From the NCBI GenBank assembly GCA_048885535.1, contig JBHLLO010000054.1, positions 1 through 20,979 of the forward strand: a DNA stretch of 20,979 nt. The letters run 5' to 3'. This document shows, piece by piece, positions 1 to 7,931 of this stretch. The translations under genes were made by a program, and so were the position numbers. The notes under the pieces were generated by a model. The model had not been told where the DNA came from, did not search any database, and saw only the letters and a program-made list of their open reading frames with translations. Every line of letters begins with the position of its first letter. Position 1 is the stretch's first letter. Source of the stretch: Candidatus Hermodarchaeota archaeon (GTDB lineage Archaea > Asgardarchaeota > Lokiarchaeia > Sigyniarchaeales > SOKP01).

Positions 1-281
1 TTATCTCGCATAACTCCCATTCCACCAAAAATCCCTGTGAAAAGTATTATAATTGCGGATATACCTGAAGCAGCAAAAGCTTTTTGATCCACCTGTATTC
101 CACCTACTGTTGGTGTTATGAAACCAAATCCATTACTGAATACTACTAAAAACAAAACGCCTTGAACTAATGAGGATATCAATCTTGTTTTATTTCTCCA
201 AAATTCTAGTATTTCTCTTTTAGCTAATACCCAAATTGCTCCATAGTTTAATTTTATCTCTTCAACATTTAAATCTGACAT
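1..281 (-). CDS. ABC-2 type transporter permease (DrrB-like), N-terminal part; runs off the window edge
   Basis: Not in the ORF track. Manual translation from ATG at 281 gives MSDLNVEEIKIKLYGAIWVLAKREILEFWRNKTRFISSLVQGVLFLVVFSNGFGF...AFAASGISAIIILFTGIFGGMGVMRD. This has the typical 'aKRE..r.wR' start and hydrophobic helices. It lies directly downstream of the ABC ATPase, and a GGAGG SD overlaps that gene's end. Confidence 0.88.
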   Translation of the reverse strand, partial: MSDLNVEEIKLNYGAIWVLAKREILEFWRNKTRLISSLVQGVLFLVVFSNGFGFITPTVGGIQVDQKAFAASGISAIIILFTGIFGGMGVMRD

Positions 282-287
282 ATCTCA

Positions 288-1613
288 CTACCTCCTTAAT
301 TGCCGCATTTGAATTAATTTTTTTATATTTTTCCCCGTATCAGATGATTCTTCCCTGATATTACTTCCCACAAAATGTAAGAAAACATCCTCTAATTTTG
401 GAGCATGCATATTTACATCCTTTATTTTTAAGCCATCGTTATTAATCGCCTGGATAATTTCTGGAAGACATTTTCCCCCACTTTCGCAAGAAATTGAGAT
501 AGTTGGTTCGAAATCTTTTTCTTCCTCTTGATAATTTCCACTTTTGATTTTAATAACCTCTTCTCTAATTTCATTCGGAAGTTCTTTTAAAAGATCCTCG
601 GTAAAAAGATTACTAATTCTTTTTTTCATATCTATTGGAGCATTTAAGAACATTTGAGCAGCCATTGGAAATCTTTTAAATGCCATTAAAAGTTTATTTG
701 GGTCAGACATTATCTGATTTAATTGAGTTTTAATCATTTCGGGATTCAAACCAGGCATCCCTTTAGGGAGATTTAGTTCCATTGGCAATACTGTCTGATT
801 CCCTTTAGCACCTTCCACTGAAATGTTCTTTATGCTAGGAAAACTCCTCAATTGAGATATTATAGCAGGAATTTTCATTCTATCCTCCACTCTCTCAAAT
901 TTTATATCTATAATATCTCCCGATATCTGTTTCTTAAGATTTTCTGATGTATCTAAAGCTATTATTTTTCCATGATCCATAATGCAAATTCTATCTGCCA
1001 ATTCGTCTGCTTCATCCATATAATGAGTAGTAATTAGGATCGTGACATCTAAATCATTATTTAGTTCTTTAATTTTATCCCATATCTTTCTTCGTGTTTG
1101 AGGGTCTAATCCTAAGGTAGGTTCATCTAGAAATAACATTTTTGGTCTATGTAACAAACCTCTTGCAATTTCTAATCTCCTCTTCATTCCTCCTGAATAA
1201 TGTTTAACATAAGTTTCTGCTTTATCTTCTAAGTCAACCAACCTAAGAACTTCACTAATTCTCTGTTTTCTTTGTTTCTTTGGCATGTGGTATAAAATAG
1301 CATGGAGTTCTAAGTTTTCTCTTGCTTTCATTTCATTATCTAAGGAAGGTTCTTGAAATACTATACCTATACTCTTCCTTACTTGATCTGGATATTTTTT
1401 TACATCATAGGAATTTATAAATGCTTCTCCTTTAGTCGGAGTTAATAACGTAGCTAACATTGAGATTGTAGTAGTTTTACCCGCTCCGTTAGGACCTAAT
1501 AAGGCAAAAATCTCTCCTTTTTTAATGTATAGACTAATATTATCTACTGCTAAAACATTCCCTTGTTTGTATATTTTAGTAAGATTCTTTATTTCTACAA
1601 TACTTTCATTCAT
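288..1613 (-). CDS. ABC transporter ATP-binding protein (DrrA-like multidrug type) with ~100-aa C-terminal insertion
   Basis: Walker A GPNGAGKTT, Q-loop VFQE, signature YSGGMKRR, Walker B LFLDEPTLGLD, H-loop TTHYMDEA, and a C-terminal 'pkLEDVFL' motif. Confidence 0.95.
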   Translation of the reverse strand: MNESIVEIKNLTKIYKQGNVLAVDNISLYIKKGEIFALLGPNGAGKTTTISMLATLLTPTKGEAFINSYDVKKYPDQVRKSIGIVFQEPSLDNEMKARENLELHAILYHMPKKQRKQRISEVLRLVDLEDKAETYVKHYSGGMKRRLEIARGLLHRPKMLFLDEPTLGLDPQTRRKIWDKIKELNNDLDVTILITTHYMDEADELADRICIMDHGKIIALDTSENLKKQISGDIIDIKFERVEDRMKIPAIISQLRSFPSIKNISVEGAKGNQTVLPMELNLPKGMPGLNPEMIKTQLNQIMSDPNKLLMAFKRFPMAAQMFLNAPIDMKKRISNLFTEDLLKELPNEIREEVIKIKSGNYQEEEKDFEPTISISCESGGKCLPEIIQAINNDGLKIKDVNMHAPKLEDVFLHFVGSNIREESSDTGKNIKKLIQMRQLRR

Positions 1614-2169
1614 TTATTTTTTCCACTTTATTTGGATTAGTTAACTTTTGAATATTCTTTTCCAATTTACCTTTTTCTATATGTAATTGCTTCAAAAGTC
1701 TCATTATATCATATTCAATTTCTGATAATGCCTTTAATTTTTTTTCGTCTGAAATATCTTTATTTATAATAAATTCTATCGGACTTGACCAGACATTAAA
1801 TGTAGCCTCATTTAAGAATTTAGAATGATCTAAATCAGAGTTTGACTCTGGAAACCTCAATTTGATGAATTCAAAAATCTCTCCAATCTTTTTCCGTAAA
1901 TCATCTAACTTTTTCGCTCCTTTATCCGATAAAAAGTATAAGTGTTTAGGTCTTCCTGTTTCTTGACTAATATCATCTTTTCGAACCAGATCACCATCTT
2001 CCTCTAAAGATTTCATTATTCGATATATTTTTGAGTGTGGAATGTTTCCATATTGCGTTAAGTCGTAATATGTCATCCCATCTTTATACTCTTTAATTGT
2101 ATTAAATATAAATATCATTCGCAAGTCATTCATGAATTCATGAAAAAACTTAAACTGCTTTGGCCACAT
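1606..2169 (-). CDS. PadR-like winged-helix transcriptional regulator with C-terminal coiled coil
   Basis: GMTYYDL...SKIYRIMKSLEEDGDL...GRPKHLYFLSDKG matches the PadR wHTH pattern. It overlaps the ABC ATPase start by 8 nt, consistent with an operon. Start moved to ATG 2169 (MWPKQ) because the ORF-track extension to 2253 is AT-rich promoter-like sequence. Confidence 0.85.
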   Translation of the reverse strand: MWPKQFKFFHEFMNDLRMIFIFNTIKEYKDGMTYYDLTQYGNIPHSKIYRIMKSLEEDGDLVRKDDISQETGRPKHLYFLSDKGAKKLDDLRKKIGEIFEFIKLRFPESNSDLDHSKFLNEATFNVWSSPIEFIINKDISDEKKLKALSEIEYDIMRLLKQLHIEKGKLEKNIQKLTNPNKVEKINE

Positions 2170-2323
2170 AATTAAATCTGTAAATGGAAAAGTTTTTTTC
2201 AAAATGAAATATTTAAATTTGAAAAATAAATGAATGTTTATATTTTTTTTCATTTTGAAATATTGATTTATGGATTCAATACCTTTTCAAATAAAACAAT
2301 ATTATGAGTTATTGGTAAAAGAA

Positions 2324-3646
2324 ATGACTGATGTTTTTATTATTGACACAAAAAATGGAATTCAAGATGCGGTAAATAATATATTAACTAAAATTGAAGA
2401 CTCGAAACCTATTTTAAAGAACTCTAAAGTAGTATATATTAAACCTAATGCAGTAGATTTTAGAAATCATTCATATACTTCTCCAGAGGTACTCGAAGCT
2501 GTTATCAGATTTTTAAAGAGAAAAGAAGCAGAAGTTTATGTTATGGAAAATTCAACGCAAGGAAATATAACGAGGATAGTTTTTACTATTAATGATTATG
2601 AAAGAATATGCAAAGAAAATGGAGCAGCAATCATATATTTGGATGAGGAACAAACTACCGAATTTACATTTAAATCTTCAGAAGAGGATCACTCTGTAGA
2701 TTATAATTTAAAAACTTTTAGATTACCTTCAACTATAGTTAAAATCATGAAAAACAGAGATTCAGTTACATATATTAATCTACCTAAACTAAAGACTCAT
2801 TCCATGGCTAGAGTTTCGCTTGGAATAAAAAATCAGTGGGGATTCCCCCAGCATGAAGATAGGGGTAAAGATCATAACTATAACTTGCATTCAAAGCTAA
2901 TAGATGTTTATGAATTAATTAAACCAGATATCACTATAATAGATGGAGTGGAAGGAACTATTCATGGGCATTATCCTCCCACAACATGGGAGGATAAATT
3001 AGTCATTCCCTTTGATATTTTGATTGGAGGAAGAGATACATTATCAGTTGATGTGGTGGGAGCAAGAATCTTTGGATTAACTATAGATGAGGTTCCACAT
3101 TTAAAAATAGCAAATGAACGAGGATTAGGTGTAGGAGATCTAGGTAAAATTAATATTACTGGCAAAAACATTGAAGAATACCAGGTAAAATATGATTGGA
3201 ATTTACTACAAATATTTCCCGAAGATGTTAAGATTGTTAAAGGAAAAGATTTATTGTGCATTGAAGGCTGTCAGAATAATTCTCTAGTTATTCTACAAAC
3301 TTTGGCATATGATTATCCAGATAAATTTAACGGAGGTTGGTTTTTGATAATGGGTAAAGGTCATGACAGAAATTTAATAGAGAATTTAAAAGTTGAGGGG
3401 TATACCAAAGGTCTTGTAGCTGGTTACTGCGCAATTGATGAAGTGGGCAATAAACTTAGGGAGGCATTTGGAAGACGAAAGGTGTTCTTTTCTGGAGATT
3501 GTAATAATCTAGCAGAAACTATAAAAGCAGAATTAAAGCTGGCAGGTATGAGCGTATTTGACTTAGTTCCTCTTTCGAATGAAGACCTTATGAACCTTAT
3601 TGATACAGCTCAAAAAAATGGCAGTACAGCATTAACTCCTTTATAA
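2324..3646 (+). CDS. DUF362 domain-containing protein (putative Fe-S protein)
   Basis: VYIKPN, TSPEVLEAVI, INLPKLKTH, SLGIKNQWG, IIDGVEG and D..svD motifs of DUF362, plus C-terminal Cys motifs (CIEGC, GYC, GDC). Likely start is ATG 2324 (MTDVFII); the ORF track starts at 2270. Confidence 0.85.
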   Translation: MTDVFIIDTKNGIQDAVNNILTKIEDSKPILKNSKVVYIKPNAVDFRNHSYTSPEVLEAVIRFLKRKEAEVYVMENSTQGNITRIVFTINDYERICKENGAAIIYLDEEQTTEFTFKSSEEDHSVDYNLKTFRLPSTIVKIMKNRDSVTYINLPKLKTHSMARVSLGIKNQWGFPQHEDRGKDHNYNLHSKLIDVYELIKPDITIIDGVEGTIHGHYPPTTWEDKLVIPFDILIGGRDTLSVDVVGARIFGLTIDEVPHLKIANERGLGVGDLGKINITGKNIEEYQVKYDWNLLQIFPEDVKIVKGKDLLCIEGCQNNSLVILQTLAYDYPDKFNGGWFLIMGKGHDRNLIENLKVEGYTKGLVAGYCAIDEVGNKLREAFGRRKVFFSGDCNNLAETIKAELKLAGMSVFDLVPLSNEDLMNLIDTAQKNGSTALTPL

Positions 3647-3752
3647 TATGATGAAAAATGAAGATTTCAATGGAATTCCTAACCTAAACTTTTTAACATT
3701 TTTGTCAATTAAAATCAACTTTTATTAATATTATGATTCAATAACATAATTA

Positions 3753-4496
3753 ATGGAGTTTGAATCTAAATATTCTGTTATAAAAACGTTCTTATCAATT
3801 CCTGATAATTCATATAAGCTTAAACAGAAAATAGATTCATTATTTCAATCTGATACTTTTAAAGAAGAAATTTTAGCGAGAATCACTCAGTTCATGTACT
3901 ACTTTTCCATGTTTAAGAATATCACATCATTCATGAATTCTGTATACAGATGCATTGAAAGAACTCTTGATATCAAATTTGAATCAATAGAAGATTTTCA
4001 AGAATTACTTATAAAAAATACATTATTAGCTTTCATTCAAGATTACATTAGTTACGCAAAACTGACCCAAAAGCGACAAATTTTGAAACTTTTATCAGAT
4101 TCTTTAGATAAACTTCAAATTCAACCTCTAATAATTAATTTAGGGCTTCTTCTAAAACCTATGTATCAAGATAAAGAATATCTTGAAAAGCTAGAATATT
4201 TAGAAGAAGTTGAAATTTCTTATAATCAAGAAGATAAACTTGGCTTCGAAATAAAACAAGAAATTGATAGTTGGCTCACAAATCAAACTTTAGATTTAAA
4301 TTCACAAGAAATCCTGAAATTATCATTGAAAAAGAAATATGATGAAATCATTTCCCAAAATAATATTGATAAACAATCAAAGTATTACCAGAAATTATTA
4401 ACAGAAGTTATGGAAATGCTTACAATGAAGCTTACTATGATTAGTTTGATGGAGACAATGTCCGATGATTCAATTGAATCGATACCCATAAAATAA
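3753..4496 (+). CDS. Hypothetical protein (predicted all-alpha)
   Basis: 247-aa ORF with ATG start, preceded by an AT-rich TATA-like stretch (~3720-3730). No recognisable motif. Confidence 0.75.
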   Translation: MEFESKYSVIKTFLSIPDNSYKLKQKIDSLFQSDTFKEEILARITQFMYYFSMFKNITSFMNSVYRCIERTLDIKFESIEDFQELLIKNTLLAFIQDYISYAKLTQKRQILKLLSDSLDKLQIQPLIINLGLLLKPMYQDKEYLEKLEYLEEVEISYNQEDKLGFEIKQEIDSWLTNQTLDLNSQEILKLSLKKKYDEIISQNNIDKQSKYYQKLLTEVMEMLTMKLTMISLMETMSDDSIESIPIK

Positions 4497-4656
4497 GAAA
4501 TAACAAGGCTAAAAACTGAAGAAATAATTTTAAATATTCAAGCAAAATTCAAACCTAAAATTCCAAACTATTAATTCTTCGATAAACAAATTAATAAATA
4601 CAAATTTTGATTTTATATTTATCAAGTAGTATTTCAAATTTTATGAAGTGAGGTAA

Positions 4657-6015
4657 TTGGAAGAAAACGAGGAAGATTTAACACCGGAAGAAATCGAAAA
4701 GCAGAAGAAGATCGTTAATGAACTTTATAAAAAGGAGAAAGAAGAGCGAGAAGAATATCTTAAAAAGTTCGAAGAACAAAGAAAAAAAGGGTTTGAAGAA
4801 AGCAAAAAATTGATATCTAAATTAATTTCAGAAAAAAGTTTTAAGCGAGAAAAACAAAGAGAAGAAGATTTCAAAAGAATCGAGCTTAAGCCAGACATAA
4901 AAGGTGCTGGAGAAGCAATAAGCAAATCAGTCGATCAAAAGTTATTCATGATTGAAAAGAAGAAAGAAAGTGATGCTCAAAGATTAAAGATTAAGCCAGA
5001 TATAGAAAAAACAACTAAAGCTATAAGCAAATCAGTTAATGAAAAGGCTTTTTTAATTGAAAAAAAGAAGGAAGTTGAAGCCCAAAGAATTAGTGTAAAA
5101 CCTGAAATTAAAAAGATGGGACAGGCCATAGAGAAAACTATAAGTGAACAATCATTCATGAGAGAAAAACAGCGTGAAGAAGACACTAAAAGAATGGAAA
5201 TAAAACCAGATTTTAAGGAAGTTGGTGAGGCAATTGAGAAGAGTGTTAGTGAAAAAGCATTTCGGATTGAAAAGCAACGAGAAACAGACCAGAAATTAAA
5301 GACTATCAAAACAGATGTTGAGAAAGTGGAAGAAGCTATAGGCCAATCTGTTAGTGAGAAGGCTTTTAGAATGGAAAAACAACGGGAAACAACAGAAGAA
5401 TTGAAAAAAGTAAAACCCGATTTAGACAAGGCAGGACAAGCAATCGAAAAGTCAGTTAGCGAAAAAGCATATATGCGGGAAAAACAGCGTGAAGAAGATA
5501 CAAAAAGAATGGAAATAAAACCCGATTTTAAAAAAGTCGGTGAGGCAATTGAGAAGAGTGTTGGTGAAAAAGCATTTCGGATTGATAAGCAACGAGAAAC
5601 TGATCAGAAATTAAAGTCAATCAAAACAGATGTAGAGAAAGTAGAGGAAGCAATAAGTCAATCTGTTAGCGAGAAGGCCTTTAGGATGGAAAAGCAACGG
5701 GAAACAGCAGAGGAACTAAAAAAAATAAAGCCTGATTTAGATAAGGCAGGGCAAGCTATTGAGAAATCAGTCAGCGAAAAAGTATTTATACGAGAAAAAC
5801 ATCGTGAAGAAGATGCTAAAAGAATGGAACTAAAACCTGATATACAAAAAACAGGGAAGGCTATTGAGAAAACTATCAGTGAAAAAGCTTTTAGAAGAGA
5901 CAAAATGAGAGAGGAAGACTCAAAGAGAATGGAATTAAAACCTGATATCAAAGGAATAAGTGAAAAAATCGAAGATAAAATAGAAAAAATCGAAGAGAAA
6001 AAGAAAAAAGAATAA
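4657..6015 (+). CDS. K/E-rich 35-aa tandem-repeat protein (nebulin-repeat-like candidate)
   Basis: TTG start preceded by a GTGAGGT SD. After a 42-aa charged N-terminus come 11 full 35-aa repeats plus a partial one. Confidence refers to the CDS and repeat, not to the function. Confidence 0.9.
   Translation: MEENEEDLTPEEIEKQKKIVNELYKKEKEEREEYLKKFEEQRKKGFEESKKLISKLISEKSFKREKQREEDFKRIELKPDIKGAGEAISKSVDQKLFMIEKKKESDAQRLKIKPDIEKTTKAISKSVNEKAFLIEKKKEVEAQRISVKPEIKKMGQAIEKTISEQSFMREKQREEDTKRMEIKPDFKEVGEAIEKSVSEKAFRIEKQRETDQKLKTIKTDVEKVEEAIGQSVSEKAFRMEKQRETTEELKKVKPDLDKAGQAIEKSVSEKAYMREKQREEDTKRMEIKPDFKKVGEAIEKSVGEKAFRIDKQRETDQKLKSIKTDVEKVEEAISQSVSEKAFRMEKQRETAEELKKIKPDLDKAGQAIEKSVSEKVFIREKHREEDAKRMELKPDIQKTGKAIEKTISEKAFRRDKMREEDSKRMELKPDIKGISEKIEDKIEKIEEKKKKE
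4783..6012 (+). repeat. 105-bp (35-codon) intragenic tandem repeat, ~11.7 units, with a 315-bp higher-order duplication
   Basis: Units start at 4783, 4888, 4993, 5098, 5203, 5308, 5413, 5518, 5623, 5728, 5833 and 5938. Consensus is approximately KPD(I/F/L)xKxGxAIEKSVSEKAFRxEKQRExxxKxxx(I/L/V). Blocks 5203-5517 and 5518-5832 share 92/105 aa. Confidence 0.95.
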
Positions 6016-6037
6016 GTTTAATCTATTATTGAAGATT

Positions 6038-6532
6038 TTACATTTCAAAATTATTATTATAATAATAAAGCATTTCTAACTTTTTTTCATAATTTAAAAT
6101 CGAGGGTTCAATTATTCCATTAAATCGTTCGATTGAATTTTCATAACGACTATAAAAATCATTTATGATATAGTGAAGTAGGTGCCTTTCGAATTTTAAA
6201 TTTAATTTTTTAGTTATTGCAATTACAGAGAGGCGCCCCATTCGTTCATATAAAATTCTAGTTTCTCTAAAATTAATTTCTTGTATTTCCTCTTCAGTCT
6301 CAGCAGGTTTTATTTCTTTTATAAACAAATTTAGAGCATTTAAAAATCCGCTTATTAAATCTCCATTCGAAGTAGAATTCTTATTATCTGAATATTGCTT
6401 ACTTAAGAGTAAAGATCCCGTTAAATTATCTAAAAAATAAATTGCATGAAAATAGCAATCATTTTGGTTTGTTCTTCTGACATTAAAGCCAAAAATCCTT
6501 TTCTCTGTATTTTCATTAGAATTAGAAGACAT
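6038..6532 (-). CDS. Stand-alone longin-like domain protein (Asgard eukaryotic-signature type)
   Basis: AIYFLDNLTGSLLLSKQY...DLISGFLNALNLFIKEI...IQEINFRETRILYERMGRLSVIAIT...LHYIINDFYSRY follows the beta-beta-alpha-beta-beta-beta-alpha longin pattern. The 'dLisGflsAl..F..e' helix is typical of Lokiarchaeal longin-like proteins. Confidence 0.75.
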   Translation of the reverse strand: MSSNSNENTEKRIFGFNVRRTNQNDCYFHAIYFLDNLTGSLLLSKQYSDNKNSTSNGDLISGFLNALNLFIKEIKPAETEEEIQEINFRETRILYERMGRLSVIAITKKLNLKFERHLLHYIINDFYSRYENSIERFNGIIEPSILNYEKKLEMLYYYNNNFEM

Positions 6533-6779
6533 AGTTTAGAATTTTCTTTTTAATAATCAAAGTAGCATAATTAACAAACTTTAACTTATGATTTAAAATA
6601 CATATATTATCTTTGTAATATCCTGAAGATATTTTTCTAATTAGATTGAATTATACATTGATTGTACCTATAGTCGTGATTTACAAATTCTCCTCATTGA
6701 AATTTTTAAAAAAAATAAATATTAAAAACAAACGAGTTTTATTAATAGACATATATTTGTATTTTCTTAGGAGTTTTAG

Positions 6780-7244
6780 ATGCATATGAGCACTGAGGGG
6801 AAAAATAAAAATAAAATTTCCTTAGGTTTGATAATAACAAAAGAAGATTTAAAATCTACGATTTTTCCTGATGAAGTTAAAGATGACATTATTGAATCAC
6901 CTTATTATCTACTAATTTTCATATCAAGAGAAGATGTTATAAAAATTAGTTGCTTTCCCACCAATACAAACTTAATTAAAAAAGTGTTAATAAAATTAGA
7001 AGAATTTTCACCTGAAATAGTTAAAGGAATTTCAGAAGTTTTAAGCAAGTTAAACTTAAGCAAAGATATACTACATACGACAGGAATTTGCTACGAATTA
7101 GAAAAGTGTTTTTATGAAACTTATTTAATTGGAGATTCTCTCGAATCTGGGAATATAAATACAGATACCATTATAGATGAGTTTTTAATGATAGAAAAAG
7201 TCAATGATGTCACTATAGAAGATATTCCAATATATTCTAAGTAA
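6780..7244 (+). CDS. Hypothetical protein with possible C-terminal ACT-like domain
   Basis: 154-aa ORF with an AGGAG SD. The C-terminal half (VLIKLEEFSPEIVKGISEVLSKLNL..DILHTTGIC....CFYETYL...LMIEKVNDVTIE) has a beta-alpha-beta-beta-alpha-beta pattern. The fold call is an inference. Confidence 0.65.
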   Translation: MHMSTEGKNKNKISLGLIITKEDLKSTIFPDEVKDDIIESPYYLLIFISREDVIKISCFPTNTNLIKKVLIKLEEFSPEIVKGISEVLSKLNLSKDILHTTGICYELEKCFYETYLIGDSLESGNINTDTIIDEFLMIEKVNDVTIEDIPIYSK

Positions 7245-7296
7245 ATAAAATTCACTATCTTTAAATCAATTAGAAAACTTCAAACCTTCATATTAC

Positions 7297-7680
7297 TTAT
7301 TCTTCAATTCGTATTGAATCAAGGGAGCGCCAAGTCTTCCAAAATATTAGCCATAATATCGCAAAAATAAAAATAGTCGTAATACAAGTATAACCTCCTA
7401 TAAACGGATCAATTAAAATCATAAAGGGGATTCCTGCTATAGAAAACCCAAAAAGATAAGCATACCCCCAATATCTTTTCTTTAAAGCAATAATAACTCC
7501 TGGAATAATCGTTGTAATAATTATTGATAAATATGCTAGAACTTCAATATATCTGGGACTTTCCAAAATTAATAACATATTGAACCATGAAACAATAAAA
7601 CCTATTATGAAAAAAATAACCGTTAATAAATTAAATTTCAAATTTAGCTCTCCTTTCACAAAGGATTTATTAAGAGTCAT
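7297..7680 (-). CDS. Small 4-TM membrane protein, unknown function
   Basis: 127 aa with four hydrophobic segments. Confidence 0.8.
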   Translation of the reverse strand: MTLNKSFVKGELNLKFNLLTVIFFIIGFIVSWFNMLLILESPRYIEVLAYLSIIITTIIPGVIIALKKRYWGYAYLFGFSIAGIPFMILIDPFIGGYTCITTIFIFAILWLIFWKTWRSLDSIRIEE

Positions 7681-7909
7681 GTTTACTATCTATCAAATTT
7701 TTTAATTATGTTTTAATAATTTTAATATTATAATTTTCCAAGCTTGAAAATTTTGACCTAAAACTTAGCAAAATTCATCAATTATTTTAAATACATCCAA
7801 AATCATATATTGCATAAGATAAGAATTTAAAATTCAAATTTTATCTATAATAATTCCAAAAGTAAGATAAAAATTTAAAAAGCATCCAAAATCAAAATCA
7901 ATATAGGGT

Positions 7910-7918
7910 AAAAAAAAA
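7910..7918 (-). terminator. Oligo-T tract (T9 on the minus strand), possible archaeal terminator
   Basis: A9 on the plus strand, 13 nt beyond the 7932 end of the structured element. Confidence 0.3.
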
Positions 7919-7931
7919 GACATAAAACTTT

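Noticed and set aside
4725-5951. Antisense ORFs 4725-4925, 4977-5429 and 5658-5951 (S/F/L-rich)
   Set aside because: Shadow frames produced by the A/G-rich repetitive codons of the + strand repeat gene.
4783-6012. PPR (35-aa) repeat, CRISPR array or assembly artefact as explanations for the 105-bp period
   Set aside because: The units lack the hydrophobic helix-turn-helix PPR consensus. There is no repeat/unique-spacer alternation. The copies differ at many synonymous sites.
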